Assembly: GCA_008690995.1 (NCBI GenBank)
Contig: VRMN01000005.1
Location: 1 to 64,000, forward strand
Origin: Porphyridium purpureum
Lineage: Eukaryota
Direction of reading: 5' to 3'
Length of the DNA: 64,000 bases
The notes beneath the pieces are model-generated. The model did not search any database. It had not been told where the DNA came from and saw nothing but the letters and a program-made list of their open reading frames with translations. Positions 30,008-39,449 of this stretch are shown in pieces. Position numbers and translations under genes: made by a program. The stretch's first letter is position 1; each line of letters starts with the position of its first letter.

Positions 30008-30216
30008 TGCGATGTGACTCGACTAGCGTCCCGCCGGATGCCGATGTGACGTGACTCGATGTGGTCAGATTGCATCAACAAGGACCCGGCGGGCGTCTAT
30101 ATAGTGGGTGCGGTCGCGCAGAGATGGCAGACGGATAAGCCTAGAAGAAAAGAGAGAAGGTAAGGGAAGGGGAATAGTAAAAGGGTTCTTCGTTGATCGT
30201 TAACAGAAAACCCACG
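29915..30216 (+). repeat. 3' LTR of outer element
   Basis: Identical to 19351-19652 and followed by TSD GCAAA. Confidence 0.97.
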
Positions 30217-30477
30217 GCAAATGCATCTGCGCTGTACACCCGTGCGTGTACAGCACCACTGTACTCACATCGAGTGCGCGTGTCATCTTTTGACGCCACG
30301 CGGCAGCGTGCAATGCACATCTCTTTGTCATCATTCTGAATTCGGGTCGCGTGTGGAAGTTGGGAGATTGTGGTTGGATCTGCGCTGACAAAGCGTGTAG
30401 CCGCACACGGGACTGGCAGGTTGATCGGAGGGTGGTGGGTGTGTGTGGAGAGGTTAGGAGCGACGTGACAAGGAAAG

Positions 30478-31701
30478 ATGCGAGGTGGTCAGGAGAGGGT
30501 GGCCCGCGTGGTGCGATCCGCGATGATCAGTGGGCTGCGTGGGCGTGGGTATGCGGCCGCTGCGGCCGCCGGCGGCGCGCTGAAGCAGACCGTGCTGCAC
30601 GATAAGCACATGGCGATCGGCGGGAAGATGGTCGAGTTCGCCGGGTACGATATGCCCGTGCAGTATCCAGACGGAATTATGGAGTCGCACTTGTGGGTGC
30701 GCGCAAACGCAGGCCTGTTCGATGTGTCGCATATGGGACAGGTCCGCCTGCATGGCAAGGATCGCGTCGCGTTTTTGGAAAAGCTCGTCGTGGCAGACGT
30801 CGCTGGCATGGCGCCGCATACGGGCGGCCTGTCTGTTTTGACCAATGCAAACGGAGGAATCATCGACGATACAATCATTACGAATCTCGGCGACGTGACC
30901 GGTATGGTGATCAATGCCGGCTGCAAGGATAAGGACCTGGCTCACATGCGCGAGCACTTGGAAGCCGCGAAAAAGTCTGGCATGGATGTAGATCTCGAAG
31001 TAATCGAAGATCACGAGCTGCTCGCGCTGCAGGGACCCAAGGCCATGGAGGTGTTGATCAAGCACTGCACCGGAATCGATTTTGTGCACATGCCTTTCAT
31101 GATGGCGTCGTACGGCACCATCGCAGGCGCTAAGTGCCTCGTGACTCGCTGTGGATACACCGGAGAGGACGGATTCGAAATCTCAATGCCAGCAGCAAAG
31201 ACCTTGGAGATTTTCGAAATGCTCACCGCAGACGCGGCGGTGCGTCCGGTGGGGCTTGGTGCTCGTGACAGTTTGCGTATGGAGGCCGGGCTGTGTCTTT
31301 ACGGAAATGACATTGACGAGACCACCACTCCGGTGGAGGCTGCGCTCACTTGGACAATTGGTAAGCGCAGGAAGGAGCAGGGAGGCTTTTTGGGCGACAA
31401 AGTTATTCTCAAACAGCTCGCAGAGGGCGTGAGCAAGAGGAGGTGTGGCTTTTTGGTGGAAAAGGGCGCGCCTCCGCGCGGGCATGAAACGATTCTGTCT
31501 GAAGATGGGCAAGAGGTCGGAGTGGTGACGTCGGGCGGCTTCGCACCCTCGGTGGGTAAGCCGATTGGAATGGGCTACGTCAACAAGCCCCACAACAAGA
31601 GCGGCACAAAGCTTCAGGTAGTTGTCAGGAAAAAGGCCAACCCCATTTTGATTAGCAAGACGCCGTTCGTGCCGAGTGGGTACTACAAGGTTCCTGAATG
31701 A
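30478..31701 (+). CDS. GCVT: Glycine cleavage system T protein (aminomethyltransferase), mitochondrial
   Basis: GKMVEFAGYDMPVQY, GLFDVSHMG, TRCGYTGEDGFEIS, GLGARDSLRMEAGLCLYG. Confidence 0.97.
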   Translation: MRGGQERVARVVRSAMISGLRGRGYAAAAAAGGALKQTVLHDKHMAIGGKMVEFAGYDMPVQYPDGIMESHLWVRANAGLFDVSHMGQVRLHGKDRVAFLEKLVVADVAGMAPHTGGLSVLTNANGGIIDDTIITNLGDVTGMVINAGCKDKDLAHMREHLEAAKKSGMDVDLEVIEDHELLALQGPKAMEVLIKHCTGIDFVHMPFMMASYGTIAGAKCLVTRCGYTGEDGFEISMPAAKTLEIFEMLTADAAVRPVGLGARDSLRMEAGLCLYGNDIDETTTPVEAALTWTIGKRRKEQGGFLGDKVILKQLAEGVSKRRCGFLVEKGAPPRGHETILSEDGQEVGVVTSGGFAPSVGKPIGMGYVNKPHNKSGTKLQVVVRKKANPILISKTPFVPSGYYKVPE

Positions 31702-31904
31702 AGACCGAGTGGCTGAACACGTGTGGGATATTTCGAAATAAATTTGTTCTCATCTCCCCCGTCCATCCTGAAAATTCTGAACGGGGGTCGCGAAAAACGC
31801 AACATTTTTTGCTCCTCCCTTTCGCTCTTTCTAAATGGCTGCTCAACCTTTCGCTCACAGTTGTGATCCGTCGCGCAGCGACCGACGTGACTGTGCCATG
31901 GATT

Positions 31905-33137
31905 TTACCCAAGCAAAACATCTGAAATTCGGGTCAGAAAGCTTCTCTGAGGTTCTACGCGCAATGGCTGCTGCTGCTGCTGCGAAAGATGGTGCTCCTC
32001 CCTGTGCGCTACGCCAAAGGGTGCCAATCGATCATCTGACGCCATGGAGCCATTCATAGGCGCCTCCCCGGTGAGCTCATGGGTTCGCGTACATTCACAT
32101 ACGCCGACCATCACGTCACCAAAAAGTAATCTGACACGTTTGCTCAGGGCAACTTGCGCCTCGATACGCGAGCGATATCGAACGTGAATCCAGTTGCCTC
32201 GAGGCGGTGACACACAGTTGAGCACATCACCGTAGGAGCGGAATTCACCGAGCACGCCAGAGACTAAGTCTGATGGAAACCCAAATACCGTGACCCAGTG
32301 CTGCAGCTCGTTTGCTTGCTCACTCGCTTGCAGGGACACCGTGGTCGGCGCATGCTCGCCGACGGCAACCACAGAAGGGGTGCCCAAGGTACTCTGCCTG
32401 AGCGCCGATGCAGGCGGGCTTGCAAACCTTGAAGGCTGAGCATTTGTAGGTGTTCGCTCGCCAAGATTGAAAGGACGGATCGAAGCAGCTTCGTCCAGCA
32501 TCGACGTGCGTGGCGGAGGCCGGGCAGCTGTTGGCGTTGGACCCGCTGTCCGGTACGAAAGTCCACCAGGTGTATCAAGCCGGTATGATTGATCACCTAG
32601 TCTTGAGCCGCTACCACTCATGGCAAGTCGCTGCGCACTCGGGGCGCCTCCGTCATATGTCCGTGTTACGTCGACCGCCGGTGACTGCTCCGTCGACTGG
32701 TCGCGCAAGCGTTGATTGAATGTTGTCGTAAACATCGGGGATGCTCCCGGCGTTCCCGCGGGGTTCCTTCTCCCGCTACTCATCTGCACTTCCGCGGCGG
32801 CCTTCATTGCTGCGGGCGGCGCAAAGGCATTCTGCTGCTGTTGCTGCTGCATCATGATCGCGCGCATCTGGCTGGACTCATAATCCCCATTCCGACTCTG
32901 ATTCTGATCCTGAAGAGGTGCTGTGAATCCACTTGTTAGCAAGTGGTTCGGTAAGGCTTGCCCTTGCGGCTGCGCTTGCGCGTGCGCCTGACTTTCAAAA
33001 TCCGCTGCGCCTGGTATTCGCCCATACGATGCCGGCACGCCTGTGCCGACGGGACTCCGAAACGCGCCCGTCGACATGTCCCACTCCATCACTGGACGCG
33101 ACCCCATTTGCTGCGGTGTGTGCATATTCGACTGCAT
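31905..33137 (-). CDS. NUP35: Nucleoporin Nup35/Nup53
   Basis: Low-complexity N-terminus with PPP..SM motif; RRM WVTVFGFP...GNWIHVRY.S...A..ALSK...VMVGV; C-terminal amphipathic helix. Start placed at MQSN to avoid overlap with the next gene. Confidence 0.88.
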   Translation of the reverse strand: MQSNMHTPQQMGSRPVMEWDMSTGAFRSPVGTGVPASYGRIPGAADFESQAHAQAQPQGQALPNHLLTSGFTAPLQDQNQSRNGDYESSQMRAIMMQQQQQQNAFAPPAAMKAAAEVQMSSGRRNPAGTPGASPMFTTTFNQRLRDQSTEQSPAVDVTRTYDGGAPSAQRLAMSGSGSRLGDQSYRLDTPGGLSYRTAGPTPTAARPPPRTSMLDEAASIRPFNLGERTPTNAQPSRFASPPASALRQSTLGTPSVVAVGEHAPTTVSLQASEQANELQHWVTVFGFPSDLVSGVLGEFRSYGDVLNCVSPPRGNWIHVRYRSRIEAQVALSKRVRLLFGDVMVGVCECTRTHELTGEAPMNGSMASDDRLAPFGVAHREEHHLSQQQQQPLRVEPQRSFLTRISDVLLG

Positions 33138-33288
33138 CTTGTCCGCGCACGCTGCAACATCAATCGCGAGAAGCACCAAACACGTGCTTCTTGCCCGTTC
33201 AAACCGCGCGCCCAACCTTGTCGAAAATTGGATTTCGAAATTGCCTTGAGAACCAGCGGCGCTGGCCAGAAAGCGAGAGACTGCGGCC

Positions 33289-34194
33289 ATGGCAACGGAG
33301 CAAGTCGAAGAGGCGTGGGTCTCGAGCGTGCACAAGCGGTTAGCCTCAGTTCGAAGAGCCGCAGGTCATGGGTCACGAGAGGATGAGCGGCGTTTGCTTG
33401 AGCGGCTAATGTATCGCAACAAGAACCAGCACCGACGCGCACACTACTGGTGCCGGATTCGCATGGTGCGGCGTCGCTTGGCCAAGCTCGATGCGTGTGA
33501 TGTGTGGAACGCATTACGCGCTTTGGATGAAAGCGTTCGAGTCTTTCGAGAAGAGAGACCGAAAGAAAGAGCAAAGATAGGAGATGGAAGAGCGCGTCAA
33601 AGAGTGAAAACGCAAATGAAGCATAGGCAACAACTGTCGGCGCTGCTGGCGGCAGCGCAGGCATTTATAAAGCATGCGACTGCTTACGAGCGTCAGGCTC
33701 AGCGCTGGATGGCGCATGATGTACGTCAAGCGGCTCTTGCGGTCGAAACTCTTGTGACTGCCGCCAACTTCTTGCCCTTTGCGGTAGCGATTCTGGCCGT
33801 GCTCGCACGCCTCTACTGTATTGAATCGCGCGTCTTGTCAGAGATCCGCGAGCTGCGGTGCAGCCTGGTTGAGCAAGTGCGCGATATGACGTCTCCGTCC
33901 AGCCGACATCAATTCGAGGATCTCGGTGTGCATGTTGCCGAGACGTGCAGAGAAGCTTCCACGCCGCTTCCTCCGTCTCCGAGCGGCCTCAGGTCGTCAC
34001 CGATATCCCTGTACGATGTATTTACATCTGGCGGTTCACTCTCAGCAGACGTAACCGTGGACTATGCGCGGTCCGATGCAGACACTGCCCAACGTCGTCT
34101 TCAAGCGAATGGGTCGTCAGAAAAGTCGCGGCGCGGTTCGCAGTCGCTGGGCTCGAATGAGATCGATGACATTTTCGGGTCGCAAGCGCTTTGA
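33289..34194 (+). CDS. RNase MRP subunit Rmp1/NEPRO-like protein
   Basis: E..LLERLMYRNKNQHRR..YW motif, FLPFAVAILAVLARL, EDLG, C-terminal EIDDIFG. Confidence 0.75.
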   Translation: MATEQVEEAWVSSVHKRLASVRRAAGHGSREDERRLLERLMYRNKNQHRRAHYWCRIRMVRRRLAKLDACDVWNALRALDESVRVFREERPKERAKIGDGRARQRVKTQMKHRQQLSALLAAAQAFIKHATAYERQAQRWMAHDVRQAALAVETLVTAANFLPFAVAILAVLARLYCIESRVLSEIRELRCSLVEQVRDMTSPSSRHQFEDLGVHVAETCREASTPLPPSPSGLRSSPISLYDVFTSGGSLSADVTVDYARSDADTAQRRLQANGSSEKSRRGSQSLGSNEIDDIFGSQAL

Positions 34195-34257
34195 ATTCGT
34201 ATTAAAGTCATATATATTAGCATGTGCAACATCGCCGGCCAATCTCTACTGGTCCTT

Positions 34258-35574
34258 CTACAGGTGGTTATGGCCCACCGAATGAATTCGCGATCTAGTG
34301 GCGGGGGGGTTCGAACACAGTTTGAAATCCGCAGCCTTCTTGTGCTTATACGCATTGTTGTAAAGGTGCATGAGCGTCTCGTTGAAGCGATGCATTGCAA
34401 GGAAGTGCTCCGTGCATGCCTTGCCGTCCCGATCCCACGGCTCATTCACAAAGTTGCTGTTGTGTTCGAAGACTTTTTCCAGCTTGTCTTTGAACATGGC
34501 ATCCCACGCGGTTGAATCTTTCAAGTCAAGATCCAGTTCTGGATACACGTGTTTGGCCACGATCCCCCCCACCGTCGCATCCTCGAAGCGAATGGGAGCG
34601 AAGGGGCAGTTGCCGACTGGCTCGCACGAACTATACATACCTGGATTGAAACACGCAAAACTGCGCGGTAAGCACTCTGCAGCGACCTTGACTAGGTCCA
34701 TGCTGAGAATATAGGCCGAGCCAAACATGTATGGCGGCCAGCGAGCGTACGGGTACTCTTCTTCTGAAATGACCCATTTGCGCGACTTGGGCCCCTTTTC
34801 TGTGCGGTACGGACTAAAGCCCTTTGCCAGAGATCCTGCGTACAGAGCATGCGTGAAATGCATGAATCTCTTGCCAAACATCTCGTCCAGCCGGTCGAAG
34901 CGAATGTACACATCCGAATCTACCTTCATGAGATGCGTCACGGGCAGTTCCTTTTTCCGTGCCCACGCAAAGATGCTCAATGTAACAAGCGTCAAATTTG
35001 AGTAGGATTCGCGCACGTTGCTCAGCAACACCATGTCCTGCAGCTTTGAGTTTTCTTCTTCCAAAGCGATGCGTTCATTTTCGCTCGACGCAGTCACAAA
35101 GAAGCAGTAGCTCAGCCGCGCTTGCTCCAACTTGTTCATGAGCATGGTTGTCCGCAGTGTCTTGCGGCGAGAGGTCTCATCGGAGCGCGACGTGATGGCT
35201 AAAAACGCGTCCGGCGGTCGCGCGTACTTGGACCGCCTGCGCGGCGCCATGGTTGCGGCCGCCGGGTTGAACTGGACATCAAAGTCGCAAAACTGTGCAG
35301 AGGGCAGGGCGCCCTCTATGCTTTCCCTCCGCGACTCGAGCAGATCGAGCGTGTCCTGAGTCACGTACACTGGCCCGCGGGAGCCCGGCCACCATCCGAC
35401 AAAGGAGAGCACGAACAGAATCAAGGCCATGTACACCACGGGCCTGCGCAGATCGCGGCGCGCGGCGGCCGCGAAGAGGCGCCAGTGCCGCTCCAGCCAC
35501 GTACGAAACGGCTCCTTGGAGCTTCCGGACCGACCAGACGTGGCCACTCCCAGCATTGCGCGGAAACCTTCCAT
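34258..35574 (-). CDS. GT31 beta-1,3-galactosyltransferase family, type II membrane protein
   Basis: N-terminal TM; RR..LR.T, ESYSNLTL, MKVDSDVY, PPYMFGSAYILS, EDATVG. Confidence 0.9.
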   Translation of the reverse strand: MEGFRAMLGVATSGRSGSSKEPFRTWLERHWRLFAAAARRDLRRPVVYMALILFVLSFVGWWPGSRGPVYVTQDTLDLLESRRESIEGALPSAQFCDFDVQFNPAAATMAPRRRSKYARPPDAFLAITSRSDETSRRKTLRTTMLMNKLEQARLSYCFFVTASSENERIALEEENSKLQDMVLLSNVRESYSNLTLVTLSIFAWARKKELPVTHLMKVDSDVYIRFDRLDEMFGKRFMHFTHALYAGSLAKGFSPYRTEKGPKSRKWVISEEEYPYARWPPYMFGSAYILSMDLVKVAAECLPRSFACFNPGMYSSCEPVGNCPFAPIRFEDATVGGIVAKHVYPELDLDLKDSTAWDAMFKDKLEKVFEHNSNFVNEPWDRDGKACTEHFLAMHRFNETLMHLYNNAYKHKKAADFKLCSNPPATRSRIHSVGHNHL

Positions 35575-36417
35575 CCTGCTCCTCTTCACGCTCCGCGTCG
35601 CCCCTTCTGCACCTCAAACCCGCTGCGCACGCGCTCGCAGCCGTTTCGTGCCATTCACTGTACCCTATCACAGTACACCTGCCTCAATTCCTAGCAGTAC
35701 CCAGCAGTACTGTCGTGGAATACGAGGTACAGTTCACTCACGATCATGCAACGGCGCGCGATCGAGCGCACACGGAAGTGAAACGGCGTTCGGAAATTGG
35801 GACAGTTCGCGGCGCCGGACCGTAAACTGCGAACCCAAACCAAGTTATCGCACCCCTACTGGCCGCACCACATTTTCTCCACATCAGCTGCCAGTCTCTT
35901 GCACCACAGCCACCCTTCGATCATTCCTGACGTCCAGCCTCATGCGCGCGGTTGAAGCACGCACCAAACGCACGCAGTCTTCTTCAGACTTTTCATGGCC
36001 TCTCTCTCTGTGCTCAACCCTCGCCACTGGCACGCAGGCACGCTTCTTCGTCAAGCGTCTTACCGGCTACCGGTTCCCCGTTCCTTGTTCGGTTGAAAAC
36101 CGATTCGCGCGCCGTCTCAACAAGAAGGTGTACAGTGCGCTGTACTCGTGCCATGAGCGCCAGCCGCGAAACGAGGTGCGGAGGATCTCGAAATACCGCT
36201 TAGAGCGCCCATAGTAGAACACGGCGTGTATAGTAAGACGCGCAGATTTTCATATGAAACGTCACGCGGACGTGACAGGAGCCGAAGAGCGAGGTGTGGT
36301 GGCTGGGTTGAACGGGTGATAATAGCTTGTGGGGAGAGAGTGAGAGAGAGAGAGAGGAAGAGAGTGAGAGTGTGTGTGGGGGTTGGCGTGCGTGTGGTCA
36401 GGACACAGGGGAACGAT

Positions 36418-37725
36418 ATGGCGTTTGTGTCGAGCGGGGCGATCGGCGTGCACGCGTTCGCGGGTGAGCGGCTGCCGGTATGCAGTAGCAGCAGCAGCAG
36501 GACGCAGCGCTCGGCCGAGCTGCAGATGGTGAATCTGCCCAAGATGCCCAGCCTGCCCAACCCGTTCAAGAAAAAGGGCACTGCGACGGCCGTGCCGGCC
36601 AAGACAAAGGCGGTGTCTATGCCAAAGAAGGCTCCCACCCCGCCGCCAGCGCCAAAGGTTCGGGCCGCGGGCGGCGCCGCGCCAATCAGCTCCAAGCCGA
36701 GGGCGCAGCGACCCAGGTTTGAGAAGCCAAAGCTCAAGGCTCCGGAGATGTACACGCCAGAAAACCGCAGCTACACTTTCCAGAGGAACACCCGCATGCA
36801 GGGCACGACGCAGTTCGACCGCCGCTTCGGCGTCGACGGCCTGCACAAGCTCAATAACGACCGCGTGAACGACATCGGTACGTTCCGCAACATGGACGAG
36901 TACACAGATGAGCTCGTGTGGACCAACAACGACGAGAGCCGGGCGGTCACCGTCAAGGCCGTGTACAAGCAGGTCTTTGGCAACGCATACCTGTTTGAGA
37001 GCGACCTTGCCGCGCTCAAGGGCCCCGAGAGCGCCTTCGTCAAGCACGGTGACGTGAAGGAGTTTGTTCGCGCACTGGGGTGCTCAAGCGTTTACAAGAG
37101 CAAGTTCTTCGACAAGATGACCACGATGCGCTTTGTGGAGCTCAACTTTAAGCACTTCCTTGGCCGCGCACCGCGCAGTCAGGCTGAGTGGTCCACGCAT
37201 ATCCAACTTGTGAACAACAAGGGTATTGTGGCGGAGATCAACTCGTACCTTGATTCACCGGAATTTGACTCGCTGTTCGGTACGACTCGTGTGCCGGCCA
37301 TTAATTTTAAGGGTGGCCACGAGACGGACATGGAGATGAACAGGCTAGCCATCTTGAACGGTACCCCGTCGGACGCCGACGTGACCAGAAAAAAGGCCAG
37401 GTTCCCTGCATTTGTTGGCACAACAGGCGTGGATGCGTTCTCTGTCGAGATCGGTCTGCCGCCCGCTTGGCGCGGTGAAAACCGCGCACGCGCCGCGGCT
37501 GGATTGTCGTTCAAAGTGCCAGGCATGCGCGACAACTCCGAGTTGATCGTGCGCGACGAGCTCGCTTGGAAGATGAAGATGGGCAAGTGGGCCACATTCT
37601 ACTACAAGGACTCACTGCCGTACCAGCAAATCATTAAGCCGAATCTTGTGAACTCGGATGAGGAGAAAAAGATGGCCAACGCTATCCTCAAGTACGGCTC
37701 GCTGATGGCCAAGAGCTATGTTTGA
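36418..37725 (+). CDS. Nuclear-encoded phycobilisome linker polypeptide (PBS_linker_poly domain)
   Basis: MAFVSS transit peptide; AVYKQVFGN, VKEFVRALG.S..YK.KF, RFVELNFKHFLGRAP, EINSYLDSPEF...FG...VP. Confidence 0.92.
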   Translation: MAFVSSGAIGVHAFAGERLPVCSSSSSRTQRSAELQMVNLPKMPSLPNPFKKKGTATAVPAKTKAVSMPKKAPTPPPAPKVRAAGGAAPISSKPRAQRPRFEKPKLKAPEMYTPENRSYTFQRNTRMQGTTQFDRRFGVDGLHKLNNDRVNDIGTFRNMDEYTDELVWTNNDESRAVTVKAVYKQVFGNAYLFESDLAALKGPESAFVKHGDVKEFVRALGCSSVYKSKFFDKMTTMRFVELNFKHFLGRAPRSQAEWSTHIQLVNNKGIVAEINSYLDSPEFDSLFGTTRVPAINFKGGHETDMEMNRLAILNGTPSDADVTRKKARFPAFVGTTGVDAFSVEIGLPPAWRGENRARAAAGLSFKVPGMRDNSELIVRDELAWKMKMGKWATFYYKDSLPYQQIIKPNLVNSDEEKKMANAILKYGSLMAKSYV

Positions 37726-38019
37726 TGTGTTACTCATATTCGCGCGTGCTAGCGTTCACTGCACAGTGCCCTGAAAGGCGAAGGGGGCACCTATCACTAA
37801 GTGAATGATTAAAAGTCAGTTATACAAAGATAAAAGCGCTCGTGCGGTGCACGCTCGATACTGGAAGAGGCGACCATGTGTGTGTTCACGCGAGTGACAA
37901 GTTATGTATCCTTTAGGGCATGATACCAAAACACAGAGCAAAAGCAAGGAGAAATTTACACCAATTGTCCATTCATTCATTAGTCCAGCGTGCGTATCTT
38001 CAACATGGCATTCCTAAGC

Positions 38020-39192
38020 TCACCGATTCTTTGCGGCCCGGCCTGAAGGCGGCAATCCTCCTCTTCCGGTGGTAGCAGAAGCATGCGTTCCGCCTTGTGC
38101 CCCTGCGTCTGCGTTGTCGCGAGGCGTTGGACTCGCGCAGCGGGAAACAGCTGGGGTCGATGCTCCTGAAAGTCCTCTCTGCCGCTTGCTGGTCACAGAG
38201 TTTGCACCAGAGCCTGAGCCTCCGTGCCGCTGGCGCTTCCTAGATGTCACAGCAAAGTCGTCTCCGTCGCCGTCCGAGCCATCCGAGGCATCTTGATAGC
38301 TAACGGATGCCTTTAGCCGCGCGGTGGCTGCCCGACTGGACGACCGGCCACCTTTACCCAGGCACTTTTCATAGTGTGGCGCAAATCTGGCAGCAGCCAC
38401 GTTCGAGCCGCACTGAGAGCACTCGACTAAAACGGCACGCTCAGCCGCGGCGCTCAGCTTTGACGCGCGCGCAGTGTCCTGCGAAAACGTCGCGCTTTGT
38501 ATATCTTTGCCGTCGTCCTTTTCGCCTGAACCACTTCCGGCACCGCTTGATGGATTCAGGCCCGCACTGACAGATTTACCTCCGGCATCTGAGCCATCGC
38601 CTGTCCCAGAGCGATGGCTCCGGCGGGTGAGTTTTTCAACCAGCTGTTGCAGCTTTTCGCGACGCGGATTCAATTCACGTTGCTTGAGAAAGGTCAGGCA
38701 AGCGTCCATGACAGCCCATCGCATCACTGACTGCACAATAAAGTCCAGCTTGTCATTATCCTTATCATTATCTTCAGTTCGCAGATGATGCGACCCATTC
38801 ACGAACGCCGCGCCTACAGTCGCTGCCTGGGCCGATGTATGATCTGATGCCGCTCTGTCAATCCGCCGCTCCGACCTGCTATTTCCAACCTGTCCGCTGA
38901 AGCTCTGCTGTCTTGTCGCCTTGCTGTGCGAATCTTTTTCGTCTGGAACCTGCAATTTCAGCGCAGACGCTCCGTTCGGCCCACCTCGAGGCTGCCCCTG
39001 TACGTCCTCATCAGATGAGCGTTCCTGCGCATCAGCGTCGTGCGTTCCTGCTCGCGCCGCAGCAATGCCGCTTTTCGGATCCACAGCGTCATCTTTCGAA
39101 GCGCGCACTTGCCGCGTGCCTTGCGTCGAACGCCGGCTCCGCATCTCGCTCCTCAGACCTCTCCAAACACGCTTCCCTGGCTCTGCATCCAT
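38020..39192 (-). CDS. SGF11: SAGA deubiquitination module subunit Sgf11/ATXN7L3-like
   Basis: Zinc finger VECSQC...VAAARFAPHYEKCLG.G.RSSSR.A. Confidence 0.85.
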   Translation of the reverse strand: MDAEPGKRVWRGLRSEMRSRRSTQGTRQVRASKDDAVDPKSGIAAARAGTHDADAQERSSDEDVQGQPRGGPNGASALKLQVPDEKDSHSKATRQQSFSGQVGNSRSERRIDRAASDHTSAQAATVGAAFVNGSHHLRTEDNDKDNDKLDFIVQSVMRWAVMDACLTFLKQRELNPRREKLQQLVEKLTRRSHRSGTGDGSDAGGKSVSAGLNPSSGAGSGSGEKDDGKDIQSATFSQDTARASKLSAAAERAVLVECSQCGSNVAAARFAPHYEKCLGKGGRSSSRAATARLKASVSYQDASDGSDGDGDDFAVTSRKRQRHGGSGSGANSVTSKRQRGLSGASTPAVSRCASPTPRDNADAGAQGGTHASATTGRGGLPPSGRAAKNR

Positions 39193-39449
39193 TCATCTAT
39201 CCAGCCATCGACACGACTCCCAAGCTCTTTCTGCAGCCTTGCGCTCGTATCGGCTTATCGGCTAAATCTCATCTTATCAGTTCATCAGTTTATCAGTTTA
39301 TCGGATCATCGGATCGTCGAATTTGGAACCGATTCGGAGGAAACGACTCGAAACGGTTCAGCCTGTTGCTGCCGCGTGCTGGTGGTGAGGGGAGAAGAAT
39401 CTTCGCTTGCTCGGTGGACGGACAGACTACACCATGTACGGTGACCATC

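Larger units (their letters stand above)
19351..30216 (+). mobile_element. Outer LTR retrotransposon: Copia-order pol (PR-IN-RT-RH) with Gypsy-type Gag/PR; interrupted by a nested Gypsy; 5400 bp without the insert
   Basis: Identical 302-bp LTRs (19351-19652, 29915-30216), 5-bp TSD GCAAA (19346-19350 and 30217-30221), PBS at 19653, gag and pol ORFs. Confidence 0.97.

Noticed and set aside
19353..30214. Canonical TG...CA boundaries for the outer element
   Set aside because: Flanks would be AAACG and CGGCA (no TSD). The CG is present at all four LTR ends, and including it gives a perfect GCAAA TSD.
38913..39449. N-terminal extensions creating gene overlaps (METTL16/SGF11; also NUP35/RMP1, FabZ/dehydrogenase)
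   Set aside because: They arise from alternative-start ORF calling; downstream ATGs give non-overlapping divergent gene pairs.
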